Assembly (NCBI GenBank): GCA_963920595.1
Contig: OY986949.1
Span: forward strand, 1,550,001 to 1,614,000
Length of the DNA stretch: 64,000 bases
Direction of reading: 5' to 3'
Origin: Eimeria praecox
Lineage: Eukaryota
The notes beneath the pieces are model-generated. The model searched no databases, had not been told where the DNA came from, and saw only the letters and a program-made list of their open reading frames with translations. How positions within the stretch are numbered: the first letter of the stretch is position 1; each line of letters begins with the position of its first letter. Position numbers and translations under genes: made by a program. This document shows positions 31,131 to 44,921 of the stretch, piece by piece.

Positions 31131-32025
31131 ATCTGTTACTAAAGATATCGGGTGCAGCACCACGCAGAAGCAGAACTGAGAGAGTTCCCTAGTCGTATCG
31201 AAGCACCTGCTCGCAGCCGGGTGTATACACCTGAAAGTTGCAATTGGGCTTCGCCAGAAAAATACCAATAAAACGTTCATTAAGTGCTTCGCAACACCTT
31301 GCAGCCATATCTACCTCAAAATATCTGCTTGTAAAATATATTTATTGACTTTCTTGTAGATTCACGTCTGCACTGTCTGAGCTGGTGATTCACCTTCGGA
31401 CTTTGCCCAACGCGGAGGTGTCTAGTCTGTTCCACCCTGAAATATTTGGTATACCTTGGATGCCAGAGCTGTTTACTTGAATTGCGGATTCTTGTTCGCT
31501 ACAGTGTAACTGGAGAAGCGGCGGCCACCAAGAAAATGTTTCCTCCTTGAAGCTTACGAAAAAGAGGAAAAGCGTACTGCAGTGATAGAGTGAGGCGAAG
31601 AATCACAAAATGATGCTTCTTACCGTAAGCATTTTCAGGGGTATTCAGATTCATTTCAAGTTGAAATGATTTAGACTTAAGTACAATTTGAGTTTCTCAC
31701 CCAAAAATGTCGAATGAAACGGACAAAAACGCCTATGGTGCTGCAGGGATGGTGAAGGCGTTCATAGAGTGTTGTTCTTAGGGTACAGGTATATTTATAC
31801 AGGCATATTATCCTGATCCTCTTTCTAGAGTATTTATTTGTTTCTATCCCAATTCTCCCAAAAGCAAACACCAAAAGCCTTCTCGGCCGCTAGAAGATTC
31901 CCTCTGCTATATCCCTTATGTATGCATAACGAGCATACATACAAAAATATTGTACGTAGGCATCAAGCCGTAGATATAACTTTAAATTTTATGCATAGAC
32001 CTATTTCGTATTGTGACGGTTTCAT

Positions 32026-35000
32026 TCATTCGGTCGGAAGACGCGAACGTAACGCTGCCTCAGAAAGCCGCAACAGAACAGGACAGTGGTCTGAGCCGAA
32101 GAAGCGTCTCTGCAGTTAACACCAACACAGCATAGATTTTGTGTTTGCTTCTTACCCTTTATAATATATGTGAATATTTCTGTATCTACAGAAATACAGG
32201 GCTATTATTAAGCCCTGAAATGCTGAAGCGCCGTCCTCGAAGAAAAATACAGCTGTGAAATCTTTAATCAAGATTAGCATCAACTGCTGCGCACCCTTGG
32301 AAATGCCCCTCCGACGATTTCGACGGAAACAACAGAAGGAAGCAGCTCCTCGCTAGCGAACTGAAAACACAAGCCTCAAATCACTGCATAGAGTCATTTG
32401 ACCCATGGCGTTCTTCTCTAAGTGCATCGAAACGAAGTACATGGGATGAAAATATTCTGTACATTTTGGTTGCTTATTACATGCATCAAATAGAGATAAT
32501 TGCAATCATATATACTATGCACAGATAATCTATATAGTGCAAACTATATGCTTCTGTCTCACCGCATGATCTAGCCGCATGGCACGCGCGCTCGAGGGGC
32601 TTCTGTCTTCGCTGTACCCTGCGTGTAAAAGGTACCAAAATCATTCGGCCACCATACTATTAGCCGATCAAAAACATGATCCAATCCTTCTGTCTCCCTC
32701 TCATCTAGCTGCGAGCTCAACTGCTATTCTCCTAACCAAGTGCATGACAACGCCACAAACACACCCAGAAGAGTGGGCCCTGTTTTCTTTTGTTATTTCG
32801 CCTGTATCCTACCACGCCAGGTATATGCAGAGTCTTGCACAGGCGCTGGGGTCGTTCTGGGGTTTCGCTGTCTGTACACGTCGACGAGCTTCCTGCATTC
32901 ATCAAACAAATTAAGTGCACGAGAAGGTAAATACACCTAAAAGCAAATATTCAGCCTGCATACAGCACTGACGACTGGTCCAGTAAGCCTGCTACTTGGT
33001 AGACAGAAAAGACAATCTAGATGTTTCTCTTTACACGTAAGAGTTACGTACCCTGCTTCCAAGATATCTTTCAGCCTCTTTCGTTCTGCATCAGTGCAGC
33101 CTGGCTGTCCTACGTCTTCCTGCGAAGCAAAAACCCAAACCGCCAAAAACTATTGAAATAAATTTCGAGAGACGCAAAGGTTTCTACGTGAAGCAGCATG
33201 CTGCCTCTATGAAGATGCTAGATATGCAATAAATCTATAATATAAATATATATATTAACAAACTGTATCTCTTGACACGGGCAGCTGTTCCTTCTTACTG
33301 GACTGAGGTTCGGGTCTGGCTGATGGGCACTTCTAAATATCTTCGGGTGCGACAAATCTGCATCTGTCGGTGCACTGCAAGACACAAGCGGGCACAAGAA
33401 ACGAACGAAAAGCAAACACCTACACAAATGAACAAATGAGAATGAAAAACAGGCAAACACACGGCACATCACGTACCGGGCAGTAGAGCCCAGTTGTCGC
33501 AGCAACCCAACAAAGTCAAAGCCTTTAATGTAGCTGCAACCTTGATGAGTACGAAGGTGTGGAAATCTTAAGAAGGCAAGCAAGCTGACAGTCTCATGAA
33601 GGCCCAGTGCAGTGTCTCACCAGTTCGCATCCCCCATCCAGATAAGGGGCTTCTTCTCTGTCAGGCAGAACGCAGAAGTGGTTAAAAGATAAGATTTATT
33701 TTACGGGTTCATATCCTAAACCTTAACCCTTGACTTCTAAGCCATAAACGCAAGCAACTGCTCCTGTGAGTAGCCGGCCTAGGCAAAGTGAATGTCTTTT
33801 GCGCGTGTTTTCGTGATAAAGTCCCGAGAACATCAATGCTAGGAAATCGATACAGATGTAACTAATAGCAAAGTTGTGCTCCTCTAGACACGAGGAATCA
33901 GCACACTACAGAGAGGTACTGCCATCAGCATATGTATAATCTGAAATCTGGTAGGCTGGGCTTGCCGACCTTTGAAGGATTAGGCAACAATCATTCAAAG
34001 CAATGAGGAGAGTCAGATGATTTAATCTATGCACTCAATATGCAGCAGTAGTCTATCAGTTATGAATTAAACGCTTTCCCGTGGCCCCTCACGTTGCTGT
34101 ACAAACTTGAGAAGCTCCTCGTCCCACTTCCTCCTCCTTTGGAAACTGGTTTCTACCCATCCATTGTTTGGCGAGTACCTGCAAACAACAGCAAAAGTAG
34201 CAGTGGAGCAAAGTCTAGACACTTGTGTTCTTTTGTTTTATTGTCGGCCCTCTCAGCGTCCATCACATGTGGCCGCCATTTCAGCGGATATGTGGCTGTT
34301 AAACCACAAAAGTCGAAGAAGCACAGCCAGCGAAAATGCAAAATATTCTTGGCACTGACGTTGTGAGGAAAGAAAAACAACCGAAATCAGCCACTATGAC
34401 TCGACCCTCCTGCAAAGACGCACAACCACAGTTGATCCACGTGCTACAAGTCACGAGCTGCAGCAGCAACTGCACCAGCTGCAGCAAAATAATAAATGTT
34501 TGCTAGGGCACCGTGTGAGGGGTTTGCAGCAGCTTCCTAGAAAGACGCGCAGCAGCAGCAGGGGCTGACTGCCATGTCTCAGCCCATGAAAGGTGCTTAG
34601 GGTCCTGAGGGGCAGCCAGAACTCACCGTGTGATGAATGCAGGGGTCCTCTTCGTTCAAATTGAAACGAACTGACTCCACCTGGCGAGCAGAAGATCCCA
34701 AACCGAAAAGGCAAATGACAACGAAGAGAGCTTAGGCCTATAGCAGCAGGCATTTACGTGAAAATCAACTCATGGGGGTGAGAGCACTTCGAGTTAGGCA
34801 GCTTTCTCGTGAAAAGACTAAAGCTGTACCACTGACCCGCAGGTGCCGCCGCAGTAACAAAAACTGTCCTACGAAAACATCGCAGTGCAATACAAACGGA
34901 ATTATCATATTATTTATATACTATTCATTTATAAATATACTATATATCGCGCACAACCTGCAGTCCTAGCAGCTCGAGAAAGGCAAGGCTGTCAGCGTTC

Positions 35001-36247
35001 TTCCATACCGCTGTACTTCCAGTCGGCCAGCGACATCAAGACGTGGTAGTCAGGCAGAGCGCTTAGAGCTTGACGGAGACAAGCTGCGATTGTCTGCACT
35101 TCTCGCCGTTCTGCCGCTGTGGCTGCTGCTGCCACTTCCACCCGTACTGCTCCCCTATCTCTCGGTTGTCCGTCATTTTTTCGGCACCCTGTTGTTTGCA
35201 TCACAGAAAGGTGGGGTGAACGTACCCTGCACGAGTGCTTAAAATGTGTATGCTTTTAGTGCTTGACAGAGGGAGCCAACAAGCGCACCTGCAGGGCCTA
35301 AGGCAGGCAGTCGGATCTCTTGCAAGCAGATAACATCCTGAGACACTCAGTGACAGAAACGTAGACAGCAACAAACGCTAAGCCTATAGACCCTGTTCAG
35401 CAACTTCTTTACACCGCATATTACTATGCTCTTCTGAGGGAAGGGGCAGAAACATAGAGCTTGCATGTACTTATAGAGTGCAGGAGCTCACAGGCTTTGT
35501 TTCTTTCACGTAGTCTGCAAACTGCTTCCACTGGGAGGCGCGGACACGAGGCAATAGACCGTTGAGATTCCAAGTAAGAAAAGACAGAGGAATAGGGTCA
35601 TGAGCTCCCACACGGCCAAATTGCAGCACAGAGCTGCGGATCGCTTCCGAGGTGGAAGAATCTAAATTTGCTGGCTTTTTGCACAAGCTGAAAGAGTCGA
35701 TGCTTCGTTGAATCTTCGTGCCACCTCTCTTTGCAACTGGCTCAGGTGCAGTGTTGTGGTTGCCCTTCCGTTTAAAATTCTTCTTCTCTTCCTTCTCTGA
35801 GGGGCTATCTGTGCTCTGGTCCTCAATAATGATCTCTTCCTGAGATTGGCACGGGTCTGATGCCAACTGAAAGTCGGAACGATGTTTCGGTAGATCGGGT
35901 GGTGTTGACACAGCGACAAGCGGTGCTGGCCGTTCCGTTGGAATCATGTTAGTCGGACGAAAAAAACTCCTGCTCAACAATTTAATGTCTTCTTTGAATG
36001 CTTCAATGCGGTTTTTTGTGTCTGGTCTCGGTTGGTGGTTGCCACTGAAATCAGCATCGCACAGACCGCCCGATGCACAGCGGCAGAACCGTAACACCTC
36101 GGAAAACGTCGATTTTCTCCAATAGCTCAGACGAGTCGTCGCATAAATATTGGCAACTGTAGCGTTCGTGATTTGGGTAGTAGTTCTTAGCAGGCATGGG
36201 GATGAGTTGCCATAAAGTCGCAAGAAACAAATCCCGCAACGGAGCAT
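32026..36247 (-). CDS. Exonuclease III / AP endonuclease (EEP family), multi-exon, with N-terminal extension
   Basis: FLTWNLNG, DVICLQE, KYSG, GRVI, TPNNG, KPLIWMGD, PGCTDAER and terminal GSDHCPV motifs are readable across exons. Confidence 0.88.
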
Positions 36248-36752
36248 TGGATAAGCAGAAGTGACTAAGCATCTAACCACTACTTTATTAGTGGTTAAGA
36301 GCTCGCTATACTGCAAAGAATCACCGGTCCTCAACTGGCCTGTCTAAATGGAAACACCGATCGTGCAGCAGTTGGATGCGGGGGGCCCCCCCAGTTGAGG
36401 GGGCCCTCGAGACTGCCAACAATCCTTTACTGAGGACCCATGAGCGGCAACTATATATTTGGCTCGTTAATTGTAAACTTTATTTAAGTAGTAAATCCCA
36501 CTCCTTGACTGGAATGTACTGACAACAACCGCACGAGTTGCTGCAATGTCCAGTTCAGCAGTTCGCAAACGCTGCCGATGGTTTGCTGTAGGCGATGAAC
36601 CTGTGAACGTCGAAATGCATCAGCTCTTTTCCCTTGTGAAACACTGAGCTGTGTTCACCTGGAAGGGAGGTATTGTATTCTCCATTTCGAATGGGCGCAG
36701 CCATCCCCGATGGGCCGATAGTTTTGCGTTTTTGACGCCATATAGGTTATAA

Positions 36753-36871
36753 CAGTATGCAGCTCATATCAGCATAGCGGCCATATCAGCATGCAGGTCG
36801 TATCAGTATACAGGTTGCATCAGCATAGAGGTCGTGTCAGTATGCAGGTCACATCAGTATGGAGGCCGTAG
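36753..36871 (+). repeat. 17-bp minisatellite, 7 diverged copies (consensus ~CAGYATRSAGGTCRYAT)
   Basis: cagtatgcagctcatat / cagcatagcggccatat / cagcatgcaggtcgtat / cagtatacaggttgcat / cagcatagaggtcgtgt / cagtatgcaggtcacat / cagtatggaggccgtag. Confidence 0.9.
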
Positions 36872-37356
36872 CACTACGCATGTCAGAAACGGTCAACGTG
36901 TCAGGTGATCTGCGGCTAACGCCAAGACGCGAATGCCGCAGAAAACAAAACACTGGCAAGCGCTAAGGCAATGTTCAGTGAAGGCATCACTGTATTTCCT
37001 TCAATGAAGGGTACTACCAAAGTTTCCTTGAAAGCAGACGGGGTTCAATTAAAAAAAAAGATAAGCCAAAAGACCATTGACGGCCCAAGTTCAACTCAGG
37101 CCCACCGAGAAAGAAGTGAGCACAAACAGTGAGCCTCCCATATGGCACCCATCGGATATTTGAGAGACACTTGTCATACACTATGGGTAAACAGGGGAAC
37201 AGGAAGGGCACCCTGGAGGGAAAAGGGATTTACAAATATAATATGTTAGTAATGCTGTATCTTCTGCAATGCAAGAAATGCGCCTGCTGAGGCGATGCCT
37301 GGGTTCAGCCCAAGCAGGGTTTCAGGTTTTGTGTGTCGGCTTCAGCGTTCGTTTTG

Positions 37357-38277
37357 CTAGTTGTTGAATACTTTCCTGTGATGGCACCTTGTGCATTCAT
37401 ACATCACCGTCATTCCCTCGTCCGCACTCCGTGCCTGGAATGTGGAGAAGAACGCCTCCGTATGTCCGCAGCGTTCGCATGTTTCCTTGCAAGTAGTTTT
37501 GTTACCTCCGTCCCCTGCAGAAAGCATGAGCTTGAGGTGGTGCTGCAGCTGCTGTTGCTCAAAATCTGCCCCCAAAAACCGCTGCTGCCACGCCTTCTTG
37601 CTCACGGAGCCGAAGTTGTAGCAGCTGCGGCTACCGTACATGTATATTCCCCCAGAAGCGAGTCCCGGCTTAGCATAAGTGCGCGATTCCATTCGTTCTA
37701 CAAGTGACTCGGACTCATCGGACGAATGCAGCGGCGCGATATCATGCCCACAACGACGACACCGCAACACTGCCTTCTCAGCCGCTAGGGCAAGGGCAGC
37801 AGCCCCGCCGCCTTTGGCTGCCGCTGCAGCAGCACTTGCTGCTTCTTCTGCAGCTGCCACGAGGTCTCGACGGAGCTCGACGGGGGCTCCGCAGTTCAGG
37901 CACCCCAGCGCGACTAACCAATCAAAGCTCACTCCATGCTTCGACGTGACAGTACAGCGGCCAGTTGCAGCACCAGCATCAGCCCCACCAGGAGAAGAGG
38001 GACTAAATATACCAGCTGCTTCCTGGCCGAAGTCGCGTGATTCCCCGGTGGCTGCGAGCTTTCCCGGGGATTCGTATTTAAGCCGGGGGGGGCCGGTGGA
38101 GAATGCTGCATCGCCTTTCGTCTTGTGGTCCAGCACCAGGAACTCCACGCAATCATCCAGCTGCTGGATATCCTGCATTACAATTGAACGGCAGCAAGAC
38201 CCATCCCCCAACGGCACGCACAGTGCCTCGGCAGAACGCGCTAAGTTCAGCGCCTTCACACTTGGGGTCGTCGGCAT
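37357..38277 (-). CDS. RPA12: RNA polymerase I subunit RPA12 (TFIIS-like zinc ribbon), single exon
   Basis: C-terminal CERCGH..FQARSADEGMTVMYECTRC. RSADEG is the RPA12 signature (TFIIS and RPC11 have RSADEP). N-terminal ribbon CLNCG...CRRCG. Confidence 0.85.
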   Translation of the reverse strand: MPTTPSVKALNLARSAEALCVPLGDGSCCRSIVMQDIQQLDDCVEFLVLDHKTKGDAAFSTGPPRLKYESPGKLAATGESRDFGQEAAGIFSPSSPGGADAGAATGRCTVTSKHGVSFDWLVALGCLNCGAPVELRRDLVAAAEEAASAAAAAAKGGGAAALALAAEKAVLRCRRCGHDIAPLHSSDESESLVERMESRTYAKPGLASGGIYMYGSRSCYNFGSVSKKAWQQRFLGADFEQQQLQHHLKLMLSAGDGGNKTTCKETCERCGHTEAFFSTFQARSADEGMTVMYECTRCHHRKVFNN

Positions 38278-41200
38278 TGCAGTGGAAGCTGCAAGTCATA
38301 CACAAATTCGAGAAGTCCTTCGTTCAAAGCTCTTATTTCAGCCGGAATTGAAAAGCCGCGGAAGGTTAAATGCGGCAGCTCATCGATTTCTGCGGAAGGT
38401 AGGTAATGGCAGGGGGGGAAGCTCGTGCATGCGGCACGTCATGGTTCCCCCAACTACGATTAGCTGGGAGTTTAATTATGCATTCAAGTAATTTCTCTCT
38501 AACAAATATCAGAGGAATAAGCGCTGCATACGCGTGAGCTTGGACCTACGCTCGAGGCTTATTATACTAGCAAGGTTTCACCATAACGCGACTGGGGCTG
38601 CATACTGAAATCCCGTGTATATATATACACCCATTAGCGTGTTGACATCTATTGATCGTTGATCTTGAATCCGCATGGGATCCGGTATTATTCCACTTTA
38701 GTTCCTGCATGTGGGTGCATTCACGCAGACGATCTTATTCCAGTTGCGCCTGGCAGCATCGGCGCTAGAGTGTTGCAGCAGCAGGCCCACAACTGCACCC
38801 ATCCCTGGAAGTTCGAGTCTCAAGACAAACTAAAATGGTATATATTAAAATCAGGAAAAGTGTAGACCCATGGTATGCTCATCGGAAGCTGTTAAGGCTA
38901 ATGTGCTTAGGCTCGACTGCACGCTAGAGGGTCGTCAGCCTTAGCACTGTAATGTCGTTATGTTCTATATTGCAGTGTCGTATGTTCTATATTGCAACGG
39001 AGTCAAAGTGTAGAAAAGGGCTCCCCCAAATGAGCTTTAACCTGCCCGACAGTTCCTCGGCGTCCGGACCATAAAGGCACAGGGGCAAGGGGCTGATTAT
39101 CCGGGGAGCAAGCAAGTTCTGCTACGCTGCAGCACACCTTGCTACAACTCCTGTTGCAAGGCAACCACTCCCAAATGCTAATATACCCAATATCCCTTTT
39201 GATGCACTTTCGGATACTGCCGACAAGTTTGAAGCGCTACCTTGGCCCTCAATAGTAACCAGCCTGCACGTAGGGATGCACACAACACCAATTTCAGACA
39301 GGCGATGATACACCAACAAGCCAACAAAGCAGGAAGGGTGGGTGAAAGCTGCAGTGGTTCGCTCCAGCCTAGGTGCGGCTAACGGCTTCAGATAAAGTGT
39401 ACCGGCGCATTCGCACAGCTGATTCACCATAGCCAATAGCAGGCAAACACCGCTACCATTGTTCGTCTGGGCTTTCTAGTTTTTTGTCGAAATTGAGGCA
39501 GAGTCTGCGTATCTTTGAGCCCAAAAATCTTTAGAACCTACGTGGTCATCCTCGTAGGCTATGGCCTCAGCTGGAGTCATTGGAGGTGTGTGCGCCCCGG
39601 CAAGAAATCATATGGCCTCAAGCACTCCCCCTTAGAGAAGATGGTAAACGGGCGTAGTGCACCAGTAAAGCTTAAGGCCGCGGGGTGTCTCCTGCGCATC
39701 ACCTGGTTCCTGGGGTTACGTGGGTAAGCAAGAGGCACAGGAAGCGCGTGTGGTGCTTCGCATTCCTTGAGAGGAAAGTTCTTCTTGAGTTCCAGGCGCT
39801 ATTGGTTGTTGAAATTGTGGTGGGTTCTTGGCCTCCCGCCCTTAGCCACAGAAGAGGAAATGAGCAGTCCAAATGGCAGGAGCGCAGCGGCCAGCTTCCA
39901 TGCTACAGCCTGACCTGTTCACCTCTCGAATAGCCCCTTTTGCAACCTGCCTCATAGGAGTATTAATTGGTTGGAACATTCAGGAAAGCATTCCCAAGTT
40001 CCCCCCATGGCACGCACAACACAGGCCATGCAAAGCTTTGCGGCACCTGAGGCCCAGCCACCTGGTTGCTTAAACTTTGTTACGACACAATAAGATACAT
40101 ATATAAACTCAATAACCAGGGGCATCTCCGACCGCGGCGGAGCACTTCGCTTCTACGGTACGCCCTTCTGGACATGGTATCTCTCTACTCCGTAGCAGCG
40201 AGGAAGCACTAGGAGCAAGGTCTTAAACAAGCTGTTGCAGCGTTTGCCTTTGTCTACTTGTCACTGTGTGAACTGCTAAGGTACCAGAGTTCCCATTAGG
40301 TTCACCGAAAATGGAACCGGGTAGTTGGTATTAACCAAATGCTGCAGATTAGTGTCTGTAGAATGCGTCTTAAGGACTTTGAACATTTGGGGTTTAGATG
40401 AACTGTTCGCTGAAAAGCACTGCAGCGGCAACTCCCAGCAGTTGACACAAGCACGAAACAAGTTGACACGCTTCCTTGGACTCCAGATAGCCAGTTGGCA
40501 TTATGGCTGTATTTTTTCTTCCGAAACACCAGTTCAGGCGAGCGTATGCATGCTTTCGACTGGTATTCATCCCTTCTGCCTAATATTCTGTGGAAGACTT
40601 CAAAATGGACTTGCAGCCGATACAAAGACGATGTATCGGGTCTACAGAAGGCAGCACGCAACTCAGTGGCCGCCATGCAAGCCTAATGCATGCACAAGCA
40701 AGTGCCCAAAGCACTGCAGCACCAGCCCAGAAAAAGGGCAGGCTGCCGCAACAGTTCAGGATATGAATGCAATCACACATAACAACGGCCGCGTATATCT
40801 GCAGCCGGCAACGGGAACGTATGCATGCTGATGCACGCAAAATGAGGGTTCTGAATGCAGCACCCCCCTATCCGAACATCCCAAAAGGCAATTCACTGAT
40901 GGAAGCTGCACCACATCCGTCACTGCGAGCGTGTCTGTTGCTTCCAACAGACAACACATTCTCTCCACAGCCAGACAGCAACAGCACCCAAGTGCCAGTT
41001 GTGCCCGGAAGGCATCTGATCTGTCAACACCATTGTCGCTCGCCTTCTGTTTAGTGTGTGTTGCATACCTGCTGACCCGCTGCGTCCTCCCCGCAGCGTG
41101 TAGAGATATTCAGACATTTTCTTCTGAAGCGCGCATGCATATTGCGCACAGTCAAGCGTGCATGAACGTATGCATCCAAATGCAATGGATGACAAAATCT

Positions 41201-41466
41201 CCATGGCAGCAAGGCTCGACGCTGCGATTTTCTGATTCTCTTTTTCGTCCTTACGCTTTCCTTAATACAACAGCCAAAAGGGTAAGATGCGTTCTTAGCT
41301 GTGCATGCGCAAAAGGGCATGTTGCAAGCATGTTTGCTTGCATTCATACGCACACGAACGCAATAGGACGTTTGCCACTGCGGTCAGCAGCTGCCGAAAC
41401 ACATCAAACAGATGCATCCGCGAGGACTGCAACCGCAATAACACTGTTTCTTTAGAACAACAGAAT

Positions 41467-42205
41467 TCATCTATCGTCGTTGACCTGAAAGTCCGCCTCT
41501 TCGTCATCATCATAATCTGAAGAAAACAAAAAGCACGCAAATTGTGCGCCCAGATCGTTGCGCTGTTGACTCCATTCGCTTCATGATGGCTTTGCTTCGA
41601 AGAAAGGTGTACTGCAATATATTGGTGCAGAATTGTTTTGTCCCTAGAAAGGAACCAGCGCTAGGGATGAGGAAGGCCAGCCCTTGCAGCTACTCATCAG
41701 CCAACGGTGCGATTATGTCCATTTGTAAAAATCTTCATGCATCAGTACCTTCCCGATCCATCCTCTTCTGGTATGATCCTTGAACGGCTTCCAGCTGTCT
41801 GGTGAGGTATTCATTTGCAGTCCTGAGGCCTTCGATTTCCTTCTCTACCGTCTCAAGTCGTTTCATCAAGGCATCCACTTTGCGGATGGCTCTGCCCACT
41901 CCTTCGCTCTGCGAGTCGAAGCTGAGATTAATTACTTCACTCATGCTTTCCACTTGATTGCGAAGGGCGGCGAAACTGACGTACGTAATCAGGGGAGACA
42001 TGCGATAGACGTCAGATGATACCGGGCCCACGCCTGTTTCTGGGTCGTGCGCGCCAAAGGAAAAAACAGTTCGAGTTGGTGATATCAACACCAGATGAGT
42101 CAGGCAAGTGGTTGACTTCATGCCGCACAACTCCACACTGAACCAGCAGTTTGCCTGCAAGTCATACGTGTGCATGTCTGTACCATCCACATTACGCACA
42201 CACGC

Positions 42206-42258
<53 letters not shown>

Positions 42259-44921
42259 TACAGACAAAGACACACAAACACGCTAGGACGTAACAGCCCT
42301 ATTAGATTACACGTGTTACTGTATGCAAGCCCCATCCCTGCTGATCCAGCACCGCTTAAACCAACAATTACACCGCAACAGGCCGCATCTGTGGCCAAAT
42401 TTTAAAGTAGGGTCCCCTGTACAGCTATACTTCCGTCGCGAATGCTTTATTTCTGTATCTCATTCGCCGGGCAAGAGAAAACCCAACGGTCAAGCCAAAC
42501 TCACCCGAAAGGACGTAATTTGAAATCCAGCCGCCGCTGTAGCCACCGCTGATGATGACCCAGTTGGAATCAAAGACACAAGAGCTATGTCTGCGCACAA
42601 CATACCAGGAGAGAGCAGCAAAAAGACTGAAAACGTAGACGCAACAATAGCAAGACGTGCGCTGATGGCTCAAACGAAGGCAAGAGCATGCACGAGTCAA
42701 TAAGTGTCTTACCCAAAACGCGGCGTGGGTGCATTCCCTGCAAATGCGGTGACGTGCTTCCATCTGTTCGTTTTCAAAGAATAAATCCAAACATCATTCG
42801 AAGACCCTCCTCGGCCTGAAGAATTCCGAACAGAAGGCGAGTGAACACAGTACTCACACCTTTGGTTTCGCTGTTATCGTTGGTGTGGGTTTTTGACAGC
42901 CTGCAATAACGATGGAGCTGTGCATATAGATAACCAAGAAAAAAGCGTTTGCACGTATACGTGTGCTCGCGGAACGAATAAAAGTACCTGTGGTGTCGCC
43001 CCCAAAGAAGAATACGCAGGGCTCCTTGTGCTTCTTGTGCACCCAAGCTGAGGCAGAGTGGCCGCAACGCGCCGGCATGGGCTCAGTTGCTTTATCGTAC
43101 TTAACTTGTGACCATTCCTCTCCATCCCACATCCACATATCATCCAGCACAGTGTCTCCGCTCAGCCCTTTGAAAACGCACACAACGCAAAAGGCAATCA
43201 ATGCAAAACAAACCAGTCTATAGTGAGCAGCAGTCTTTACCTCCAGCGGGTCGCTTGAAGTAATCAGACTCAGACTGAAGACGAGCTGCTGTTCCCCTAC
43301 CTCGCCATCAAACTGCTCCCCCCCATCTGAGCTACTCTGCCATTCCAGTTCCTCTACCATGTCTTGTGTAGCATATGTATATAGGGGGAGATAGATAGGT
43401 AGGTGTGTATATCTTTAAACGCACGAAGCCGGTGCCAGCATGTCGCTAAGGCAGAAGCTCCAGGTGAAAAGAGCGGAGGAAACATAACTTACCACCATGA
43501 ACAAAAACCTTTTCAAAAACAACGGAGACATGCGAGCTCCTTTTGGGGGGTTTCTTCACTCCCCCAACAGCTGTCCACGCCCGCGCCCCAGGGTCATACA
43601 AGTTCGCTGTGGCAACATCTCCTCCTGGGCCCCTTCCTCCGAACAAAAATATGTGTTCTCTGTCTGGCAGCAAAACAAAACACTTTGAGAAAGCGTGCCA
43701 TGCTCAGGAACTGCCTAGCACACACCCCATCTCCTGGCCGTCCTGGATCCTCTCTGCCTCCCTTGCAGGACAGATGCCAAGGTCACGCAGGTACTACACA
43801 GCTACGCCGATGAAATAAGGTGTAACAAACGAAGACAAACCGCAGAGTCTATGTTCGCGGCGATGCAGGGGGAGATAACAATATGCGCACTTGTTGTGGG
43901 TTTCACCCAATTCACCATCGTCGCCCCTGTCCTGGGAGTGGGAATCTGACCTCGAACTTTCTGACAGCAACACACGCATGTAGACAATAGCAACCCTTGC
44001 AGGTGTGCCAACAGCAGCAACACGAGAAGCCATACACGCAGCACCGCAGTATTCCCAAGCGCCCTTCCCACTGCAATATCATGATACACAAATCCTGTTC
44101 TTCGTCGAAGCGGCCAACAGAAGCACAAAACAAATAAACACAAGAGGAAGAATGGGGCGCAAATGAATAAACAGCGGGCAGGTACCGTCTACCCTCTCAG
44201 CATACAGAAAGAACCGAAGAGATGCCAATGGGAAGAAGATGAAAGGCCAGGGACGAAGGTGTAATGCACTTATGGCGGGAAAATACCCATCAAGCTTGTG
44301 CTTATATGAGCGTGCACGCTCGCCTGCTTTCTTCTGTGCTTCTATAAATATACATACATAGTAATGTATTCAATATGCAATATATACAGCTATAGATATG
44401 CACATAGAGGTAGTAGTTCGCACATAGTTTAGCGCTTGTCAGTTGACAACACATACCTTCATTGGTTCGAACGCGTTGAGGCCCGGTATATATCTGATAA
44501 AATCATTGAGGAATTGTCCGTCGGCATCCTGTCCCCCAAAAATGAGAACATCTCCCCCGCCAGCTACACAGGAGTGTCCCTGTCGTGGGAGGAAGCAGTG
44601 ACTGTCGTGAATGATCTGCGTAAGTTGAAAAGAGGGCGGTGAGAAGAAAGCAGTATTGGGGCCTGTGCTTTCTGTGGCTTCTTCGTCGTCTCCCTCAACC
44701 CGTCGCGGCTGTGCCTTGGGTTTTTTCGAGGCACTCAGCGAGTGTATGATTTTGTCTCGGCCCAGCTTAAGCTGCTGCTTTGCTTTCTGCATGCGCTCGC
44801 CTGACTTGCTGCTGCTGCGCCTCTCCCCTCCCTCTGTGGAGCGAGGCGTATCATCGTGGCTTTCCACGGAAAATGAATCCGAGGGGTCCCCAGAGGGCCC
44901 CGCTTCTTCCCTTTGCTCCAT
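41467..44921 (-). CDS. Kelch-repeat beta-propeller protein with C-terminal coiled coil, multi-exon
   Basis: PRQGHS..LIFGG..LND, IFLFGG, VFVHGG, PARCGHSA..FFFGG and IISGGY repeats. Heptad region ALRNQVESM..LETVEKEIEGLRTANEYLTRQLE. Probable last exon 41516-41467. Confidence 0.85.

Noticed and set aside
36753..36871. Regular repeat array as a CRISPR candidate
   Set aside because: Units are contiguous with no unique spacers, there are no cas genes, and the context is eukaryotic.
37679..38491. 270-aa plus-strand ORF
   Set aside because: Antisense shadow of the GC-rich RPA12 CDS with no motifs.
39100..40070. Possible retrotransposon gag/protease relic on the minus strand
   Set aside because: Only vague resemblance; no intact DTG/DSG or CCHC motif could be read.
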